From the NCBI RefSeq assembly GCF_964355755.1, contig NC_092672.1, positions 19,481,237-19,545,236 of the forward strand: a stretch of 64,000 nt of DNA. The letters are read 5' to 3'. Below are positions 54,690-64,000 of this stretch, piece after piece. The stretch's first letter is position 1. Each line of letters begins with the position of its first letter. Below the pieces are notes generated by a model. The model was not told where the DNA came from. It was given only the letters and a program-made list of their open reading frames with translations, and searched no databases. The translations under genes were made by a program, and so were the position numbers. Origin of the DNA: Antedon mediterranea. Its lineage: Eukaryota > Animalia > Echinodermata.

Positions 54690-54820
54690 ATTGATTGATT
54701 GATTTTATTCGATATTCATACATAAAAAGTTAAAATATACAATGTATTAAAAGAATACCTGGATAACCCATTAAGTCGACAAAAAAGTAAACTTATTTCC
54801 AATGGGGTCCAATCCGTAAT
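54690..54820 (-). mobile_element. LINE/SINE 3' tail (L2-group-like)
   Basis: Minus strand GGACCCCATTGGAAATAAG...AATAAA followed by (ATCA)n. Confidence 0.4.
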
Positions 54821-55104
54821 GACGGATATATTTATAAATATAAAACACAAATAATAAAGATGTTATAAAATCTATTAAAATGTATAAATTTTAATATTTT
54901 TTACATTGATATGATTTGTTTGGTATCAGCCAAACCTTCACCCACTTTAAAGACAGGCTTGAGCTATCCAGGGAGGTATGGAAATGGTCATGGTATTTCT
55001 AAAAACTGTCCATTTGATCTAACAAATAAAAAAAATGAAAACATGTTTATACATATATCTGTTATGTGGTTCAAAAAGATGTCTAAAATTAACTTGTTTA
55101 TCTA

Positions 55105-55208
55105 TTTTAGTCGTGTGCAACGTGACTCTACAGCTCACTATGTTGGTCGGTCGGTGAACACTAACTCAAATTTGCGCACACGACTGCAGCCATGTATATG
55201 GCCTTGTT
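55105..55208 (+). mobile_element. Short HINE/DINE-1-like element
   Basis: T-run boundaries; subterminal inverted repeat AGTCGTGTGC / GCACACGACT; (GTCG)n; 3' hairpin GCCATGTATATGGC. Confidence 0.7.
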
Positions 55209-55910
55209 TTTTTATCAGATTAAACTCAACATTAATATTGTTACAATCAATATTTAGACTAATGTGTGTACGTCAAACCTCTTAAAACGGACAATGTTTT
55301 GTTGGTACACTAACAAATCTTTCTTTAGAATAGTGCAGGCCATTATCTCTGATAATATAAAATAATAGATTTGCATTACATACAAAATAATATTCCATGT
55401 GCAAGGCTTCCAATTGAAATGAAAGTACCAAAGCAATCGATAAAATAGGATATGCTACACTCACAATAACTTGTACTAGCTAATGCCACCATCACACCAT
55501 ACAGCAATGAACTATTTCTTTGCTCTATGATCGCACAAAAGATAATTTAAATATATTGAAGTTTTAAACATGCCCCTGAAAGTAAAAGTTTGTACACCAA
55601 ACCAATCCAGTAGTTTAATATTTAAACAATATTAAATAAAAAAAAAGTTAATTAATTTAAATACCCGGCAACAACATTTTTATGTAAAAACTGGAATAAT
55701 AATAAAAATGTATACAAAAGTAGAAATAAAATTTAAAAAAGCTAATTTGATAGTATTTGTGTGCATTGCGTATATGATCACAACACACACAGCAAATACA
55801 AGTTACAAATTGAATTTGAAAATTGACACTTAATGGATGTATAATTATATAAAATATTAATTAACCAATAAATATGTAAAAGATGTAACTTGTATGATTT
55901 TATATTTTAG

Positions 55911-56009
55911 TTTGGAGAATCAGCTTTGCATTGGGCAGCTAAGGCAGGTCACTCAGCCTGCTGTAACCTGCTGGTTGATGCAGGGTCAGACATCAGTATC
56001 CAAAACATA
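55911..56009 (+). CDS. Ankyrin-repeat exon (one 33-aa repeat)
   Basis: Acceptor tatattttag|TTT and donor ATA|gtaagt; 99 nt; FGESALHWAAKAGHSACCNLLVDAGSDISIQNI. Confidence 0.93.
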
Positions 56010-59000
56010 GTAAGTTATACATTCTTTCATAGTCATATTTTTTGATATTTTGTATTTTAAATATAATGATCTTTTGAATAATAATATCTGCATGTTATAA
56101 TGCTATTTAATGTTTTTATTTAACTGTATTGATGCTAGAATTGGCATTATTTGAAGTTTTTCAATATATTTTTTTCTCTGATATTTAGTCATAAAAATTG
56201 CTATGACACTATACATTTTGTCATGTTTAAACATTTCCATTGAACTCTTTATAAAACAATAAAAACTACAGCAACATACTATTGAAATATAATCCTTATT
56301 CCAAAGTGTAGATATACAGTAATTAAGTCGGAATTATGTACACTTCTATTACACAAAATTTCAATTTTTTTTAGTTCATTTTCACAAAACTGTTTAATAA
56401 CTTTTGAAACACTATGATTCTACCTATATATCACATAGAGGTACAAATGATCAAAGATGCTAGTTGATAGACATATAGACTGTATTCATTTATTTTATAA
56501 TTATTATCATACTCATTTACCTTTATTCCTTTCAACAACATCACCACCAACTCCAACCACCTCCTGGTTATAGTAACCACCACCAATCCCAAGAATGATG
56601 ATGCAGAATTTGGTTGAGAGCTAAAGTGATCTTTTAATACACACCACAATTATAGTTCTTTGTTATTAGGTTGTAATTATTTTTTCCATATACAATATAA
56701 GATACAGATAGTATATCTGCCACATTTATTCTTTCTTTATACTCAGGATTAACAAACATAAATAAAACTGAAATAGCGGCACAAATATAATTTTTGTAAG
56801 TTATTTACCGTACCTAGTTTTTAACAAATCACCTTACATAATAATTACAGTATCAAACCACCATTACAATGTCATACAAAATAAAAAAATAAACAAATCA
56901 TCATTAGCATAACTAGGTGATGATTGATCCATAGCAATATTTTTAGTCTATTTAAAAAAATGTTTATTTCTTAAAATTTATTTAGATATACATACACACA
57001 TAGTAAATTATAGTAAACAAAAAATAAATGGAAATTGTTTAACACTAAACAACCTACATTAGAGGTGAAATACCACTAAGAAACACAAGAAAGCTGAACT
57101 TAGACTTAAATGTTCTACACAACTGTAACAAGTTCAGAGTGTATCCAACATTTAACATTATGACATATTTTAGACCACTGACAATGGTGATCACCAGTGC
57201 TTCGCAAAGTCTGCAGTTGCACTTTATATCATGTTTTATTCATTCATATTTATCTCCATCATCCAACTTTATCAAACAAAACCTTTTTGAGGATAAACAT
57301 ACAGTAGCTATATGTAAGGTTCAACTTTAATAATTTTAAAAAGTTTAACATTTTCTAACATTAATGTTAAAAGATTACTTTTAAAAGAACTTATATTATA
57401 ATTTCAATTTTCAGTACAAGCTATTTAACAATTAAAAAAAAATATATGCCAAGTTATTGTAGCATAACTTTATATTTTAATCAATGGATGTAAATGACTT
57501 TGCATTATATAAATGTATTAGAATTGTTTATAAACTCTTAATTGTTGTAGATTCTATTTCAGTACAACCTTTTTTTAAAACTAATATTGACCTTTGTTCA
57601 TCCTTGTTTCAGTTTGATAGTCCTACCTTTTCAATAGAATTACATTCATGTTCACAGAGTAAATTAAGATTTATCTCCTTTAAAATTAAATTCAATAAAA
57701 CTATATCCCATAACAATTTTCCTATGAATAAATAGATGGAATTATTCTTAGTTTATTGATTTGATTCAGACCAATTTCATACACATTTAGCAATATTTGT
57801 TTCATTTTTTAACTAATAATATGCATAGAAAATGTTTATTTTACAACTACAATACCTCATTAAGTAATTCATTTATTTACTTTTTTATGGCTTTAACTAG
57901 TTGAATTCTCTCATGTTACCAATATAAAGTCTTAATCGGTAATAAATTTCTATTGATCATACATTCTAATAAGTTATGTTTCATAATTTTTTTGATTTTA
58001 TTGTGTTACAATAAAGGAAAAATAAACGGTGTGGGAAAAAACATAATCAGATGACTAAATATATGTAATATAACGTTTTAATACATTTCTGGTGTTTTTG
58101 TGCAACTTCAAATTTTTATTTTTGTGCTATAGTTTAGTAGTAAACTAAATTTATCTTCCCATTTCCACCCTTTAAGACAGAATAGTCCAACTTCCCTTCC
58201 CCTGTAGTAGAGCACCGTATCAAGAATGTTAAATAACAGACAAGAGACATAAAATTGCTTGTCTACATACACTTTATTCACAGTACACATATGGCTGAAT
58301 GCATATAACAACATTACTATAAGCCCAACAACTGGGAAACCTTTAACATGTGGCTTACCTTTCATTGGTCATGCTTTATAACAACCTACCTTAAACCCCT
58401 GCGTTAGCGGCTAAGGTAACACCAACCCAGCGAATGCTATGCAGTCCAAATAGATACTTATTGTACCCACATCTTCGTAAAATATCCTTAAACAGCACGG
58501 CAGCGTGAATAGGACATCTTTCTAGCATGTGGCTACTAGTCGATTTCACTGACTAAATAGTGCTAATGTGGTTCCATGCCTTCTACTCTCTATATCAGCA
58601 TGTATAAAGACCCAGGTATCGTGTCCAACAATAATGTCCAACCACCAATAGTTCTTGATAGTTCAAACACTGAATTATTTAATATTTTAAATAAACTAAA
58701 ATTTACACTATGTAGTATTTTTGTAAAAAAATTAATAAAATATGCACTAAATGTTGATTTTCCTTTTACCTAAACCTTGTATTATTTTAGGTAAATACAG
58801 AATTTCATTTACAGTATTGTGGTACAAAACTATGGAACAATCAAGTCCTTCTGTTGCTGAATTATTTCTTGTAATGTTAAATCTTTGATTAGTTTTACAC
58901 CTTTTCACCTTCTGTCAATTATTGAAGAATTACTGACATTCAGTGATTGAAGCCTTCATCTAATGTTCAAGCAGTATTGTTATAATGTGTTTTTTATTGA

Positions 59001-59156
59001 GAATTGTCCTATAATTTCACACATAAATTAATTATTCCCTGAGATTTGAAATCAAAATAAAATGTACATTGACTTATTTAATAATTGCCCTGATTTAATG
59101 CACAACTATTAATTTAGATTGTATACTGGCTTTTTCTTTTTATCCAAATGTACATA

Positions 59157-61041
59157 TAGTGGAGTCTGTTAGGGCTGAAATAAGGGTGTTTGGTTCAGTT
59201 TCTTCCAAAAGCACCAAATTTGGTATACAGGTTGCCCACCCTATACAAATTCAATTTTTGATGGGCGCCAAGCAAAATGACCCCTTGGGTCACCTAATTT
59301 GCATAATTTAAAATGGCGGACATTTTCGCTTAAACATTCTATATCTCTAAAAATACTGGTCATAGAGAGTTGATTTTTAGCCCAAAATGTTCAGAACATA
59401 AACATTCCTATTTACTCTAATGAAGTTTTTTTGAAAAAAATGACCGGAAGTACCAGTTTTAACCTTTGACCTATATTTTAAGGCATTACCATATCTCAGT
59501 AAATAGTTGTCACAGACAGTTTATTTAAGTGTCAAATTGTTCAGAATATATTATACAAATAATGAATGTTTATGAGTGCAATGGTACAAATAATGGCACG
59601 AGGTGAATGATGAAAGGTTATATCAACGAGGCAAAGCCGAGTTGATATAACCTTTCATCATTCACCAAGTGCCATTATTTGTACCATTACACGAATACAA
59701 AACATTCATTATTTGTTTTATATAACATCTAAATAACAAACAAAAATGTTTCAAAAAGTACTATTTAACGATCGTTGAATAGTGCGTACTATTGCACGCC
59801 ATGTGACCCACATTCGTCCAATCAAATGACCGGAATTTATATAGGTGTTATATAAATGTTACTATTTAATTTAATGAAACATTTTATCCAAAAATGACCG
59901 GAAGTACTCAGTTTTGCCTTTGAACGTTACGGTGTAATTACCAACCTTGTTACGGTTAATATATTTTGATATCCATAAAACTACTTGTCATAGAGAGTTA
60001 ATTTTGGTGTCAAAATGTTCAGAACATAAACATTTCTATTTACTATAATAAAGTTTTTTCTCAAATAATGACCAGAAATACCATATTTGACCTTTGACCT
60101 GTTTTTTCAGGCAAATTGCCATATCTCATTATTGGGTTGGAGTGGAAAGTTCATTTTGGTTTCAGATTGTTCAGAATATATATGTTTCTATTCTGCTTAA
60201 TAGAAGACTTTTCAAAAAAATGTCAGGATGTATAGTTATTGACTTGTTAAATACATAAAATTTATAAATTTGTTCAGTTAATTGTATAGTTAACTGTATA
60301 TTTATGATATTATTTTGCAACCCACTTTTGAGCACTTGTCGAAGATGGCTGCTTGCATGTGCAATTGAACAAAGTATACTGAACAAAGTTGAATAGATTG
60401 TCCTATTTGTAGTGAGTCTAGAGTAATGTAAATGAGAAATGAGAAAATTGTATATACAAAAAATACCCAATCTCATCTAATCGAGTACTTAAATGAAGTC
60501 TTCTACGCATTAACTCTCTATGACAAGTAGTTTTATGGATATCAAAATATATTAACCGTAACAAGGTTGGTAATTACACCGTAACGGTCAAAGGCAAAAC
60601 TGAGTACTTCCGGTCATTTTAGGATAAAATGTTTCATTAAACTAAATAGTAACATATATATTCTGAACAATTTGACACTTAAATAAACTGTCTGTGACAA
60701 CTATTTACTGAGATATGGCAATGCTTTAAAATATGGGTCAAAGGTTAAAACTGGTACTTCCGGTCATTTTTTAAAAAAAAATACTTCATTAGAGTAAATA
60801 GGAATGTTTATGTTCTGAACATTTTGAGCTAAAAATCAACTCTCTATGACCAGTAGTTTCAGAGATATAGACTGTTTAAGCGAAAGTGTCCGCCATTTAA
60901 AATTATGCAAATTAGGTGACCCAAGGGGTCATTTTGCTTGGCGCCCATCAAAAATTTAATTTGTATAGGGTGGGCAACCTGTATACCAAATTTGATGCTT
61001 TTGGAAAAAAGTGAACCAAAATATCCCTAACAGACTCCACT
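59157..61041. mobile_element. Long-TIR foldback DNA transposon, non-autonomous (Academ-like TAG terminus)
   Basis: Termini TAGTGGAGTCTGTTAGGG / CCCTAACAGACTCCACT. Arms of ~530 bp (59157-60000 minus an insertion; 60510-61041). Empty site in B1 near 42008. Confidence 0.8.
59551..59855. mobile_element. Palindromic non-autonomous element nested in the left foldback arm
   Basis: ~73-bp inverted arms around the loop GAGGCAAAGCCGA, plus a second inverted pair TTTATATAACATCTA / TAGGTGTTATATAAA. Absent from the right arm. Its 5' part is also at 32062-32135. Confidence 0.75.
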
Positions 61042-63216
61042 TGAAAAACATAAGCACTCATTTTGAGGGCTTGTGATGAGTTAAAAATCAAATAATTTAT
61101 TATCAAGTTAAAGTTCAAAACAATTTTTTTTGTAATGGTCAAATGAATACAAAACAGAAAATATATTTAGGTTACATTAATTTCTTTAAAAAGTAGCATG
61201 AAAACATAAAATAAATTACATGAATAAAGGTAATAACTATACAGGAACCAAAACTTAAAATAAATAAATAAAATCAACAGAAATATAGACAATAGCATAT
61301 TATTTTATCAGAAAAGTAGTTGGAGAGATAATGATTTTCAATTATTATACAAAAGTCTTTCTGATTAGAAACAAGGGTTGAATCAAGACAATTTCACCTA
61401 TATTTGGGATAAAACATTATTTTTTGTTTAAAATAATTGCCAAACTCTGCAATCATCCAAAAAACATAGCAAACCTCATTTAACCAACATAAAAGTGATA
61501 GAATCAATAGTGTACAACTCACTTGGTTTGTCAATTAACAAATTTAAATATATTTTTGTTAAATACTTAATTTTGTGGTTATAAGCATCATTTTTTGGTT
61601 TAAAAACAATATTGATAAACCTTCACCGCCCCAAACAATGTTACAGTAATGTATAAGTAAAACATTTTATTTTAATTTCTTTAGAATACTAATATATTTA
61701 GATATTTTATTTGAGAAAAATTGTTGGCAGCCAATAATCTAATTAAAAGACCAAGGATTGATACTTCACTTTTTTCAATTAATTTTCCATTAAAAAAATA
61801 TAACAATTGTTGTGTGTAAGTTCACTAATACAATTAGTTTTAGTCGTATTATTTAATAATTAGTTTGTAGTGAACAATTTACTAACTTACTTAACTTTAA
61901 ATTTAAAAAGTTCAACAAGACATCAATATTGTTATGAAAATATAAAGTTGTATCATCTGCATAAAAAAATATTGTGTCTGAAAGATTTACTAATTATTAA
62001 TTTGAAATAATGATTTCGATCTGTAAAATATCTTTTTAACCACGCTATGAAAGGCCCCAAAATACCATAACGAAACAACTAGAAAATATCATGGTTAACA
62101 ACATCAAAAGTTTTTGATAAATCTAGAAAAGTACTTTCAAATGCAGTATTAACAGAATTATATTAGTGAGTTCAAGAAAAGCATGACAAGTGGTATTGTA
62201 TGCATACATTTTTCATTATATTTTTGAAAAAATGGGTAAAATTAAGATTGGTATAAAAGTATCTATTTTTAAATACAGGATTTACATTTAATATGATTAG
62301 GTACAGAACCCATCATGAATGATTAATTAATGGCGTATGTGAGATGGCTTATAATTAATGGAGCAACCTTTTTAAGAATCATGCTCTGAACCTTTACTAG
62401 AATTCAAATTATTAATTATATTAAGCACTTCTGTTTCAGATATAAATGAGAGGCTATATGGGAGGTGGTAATTAACAGATTAGGTCTTTGCCATTTTAGA
62501 ATATAGAATTACAGAGTTTTACAAATGTGGCTATACTTTTTATCTTGAAATATTTGAACTTTTATGAATTTTTAAAAGTTTATGTTAATGTTTACTAAAT
62601 TTATTTAGGTGGGGTGTGTAGAGGGTGTCATCAATAGTTGTTTTAGTGTTTTGGTTTTTTTTTAACTTCAAAAAGTATATAAAAAAATGTATCCAACATT
62701 AGGATTAACTGTACAGTTTAGACGAATCAGTTTGAGAAAGATAAAAGCAAAATGCACCTATATCTGTAATTCAGTATCAATGGTCAAGAACGTCAACCTT
62801 ATTGAAAGTTAATCATAATCAATTATTTTTGAAATAGGTAAATGATCAGAGATGTCTGAATTGTAATACCTGATGAAATATCAATCCATAAGACCATAAT
62901 TTAACATCAAATAAATAGTCATAAAATTAAATCTTCTTTATTTTAATATATTCCTCTTTTTGTTTTCTTTTGAAAAAGGTTTTAATACACCAAGAAAAAA
63001 AAACACAAATATAAACATCTACCCTGTATACACATGGGGTCAGATCATCTTTCTATTTGACCTATTCGCTTCCCTTCAATATCTACATCCGTCGCTAGGA
63101 CAGAATAATCTGGATTTTTTTGTTTTACATTAATCCAAGTTAATCAACTACCACACTTTATTTCAAATAATAACATTTTTTAGCTTAATTATTTTTTTGT
63201 TAAATGGCTGCATAAT

Positions 63217-63520
63217 TAGTTATCCACACCTTGGCGGATAACTCCTTGTGATTGTATAAAATCATCATCAACTTTTTTTATCTGTATTATTCTTCTTTCA
63301 TTCCATATTTCATAACTTTGTATAGTTTTGTGCACCTCCTACTTTTTAAAAATGTCAGAGTTGCGCAACATGACTTTCGCACGATTTTATGAATTTAAAT
63401 GATTGATCATAGATTAAAAACCAAACGTCATTTTGTATTGACACTTTTTAAATTTAAGTCATATCAAGAGTAACTTTCTGTGGATTGAAAATGCCATGCT
63501 TCACATAAAGTTACGCGCAC
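63217..63520 (+). mobile_element. 5' fragment of the HINE-like family at 27830-29766
   Basis: Shares gttatcc..ggataac.ccttgtgattgta, gtgcacctcc, gtcagagttgcgcaa and aagttacgcgc. Confidence 0.6.
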
Positions 63521-64000
63521 AAGATTTTTTCTTATACCCAACACCTGCAATTGCTGTAACTAATAATGCGTATTTTCATTATAAGCCTTAAAAGAATTGA
63601 AAAGTCAATTAAACCATCAAATATTATTTTAATGATTTTACTGATTTTGATTTTAAATGTATTATGGCTACCCTTACAGTACATGATGGCATTGTTAACC
63701 CTATTTCACATTGACCATTCTTATTATTTGAAATACATTATGGCTACTCATACATGCTGATTGCCTTCTTAACCCTATTTCACATTGACTATTCTTTTTA
63801 TTGTACAAGTTACTAAATGTTTTAGTTTACTTAATTCACTTCCCACAACCTTAATCAATAATCACCTTGACAAATTTCAATATAAATTTACCTCCTGGTT
63901 CATCCTGTTTTTCATCACTGTTTTCCTCCTTGTACTCTATTTGCACAAACATACTTTGCCTATTATATTATTCTTAATAGTGTTGTTGTTTACAATAGTG

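Larger units (their letters stand above)
58953..62885 (+). repeat. Segmental duplicate B2
   Basis: Paralogous to 41796-45710; interrupted by the foldback element 59157-61041. Confidence 0.88.

Noticed and set aside
58356-58670. Minus-strand exon-like segment with donor gtaagc
   Set aside because: Stops in the frames examined and no recognisable domain.

Overview
AT-rich (roughly 30% GC by eye) eukaryotic DNA, most consistent with an invertebrate animal. The window is almost entirely intronic. It lies inside a + strand gene whose ankyrin repeats are each encoded by a separate 99-nt, phase-0/phase-0 exon. Four intact ANK exons (30-128, 35189-35287, 39805-39903, 55911-56009) and two damaged ones (3591-3677, 9980-10048) were read directly from the sequence; no start or terminal exon is identifiable. 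Two ANK exons sit in paralogous intron+exon cassettes that also carry a 73-75 bp minisatellite of very different copy number. One cassette looks chimeric at that minisatellite, and its exon differs from its sister mostly at ankyrin binding-surface residues. This suggests an ankyrin-repeat gene evolving by exon birth, death and shuffling. The introns are filled with non-autonomous DNA transposons (TTAA-flanked Kolobok-like, Tc1/pogo-like, Harbinger-like, hAT, Academ-like foldback, Helentron/HINE-like), LINE fragments, tRNA-derived elements and tandem repeats. Most ORFs in the supplied track are spurious. All alignments were done by eye, and TE family calls rest on termini and motifs, not database searches.
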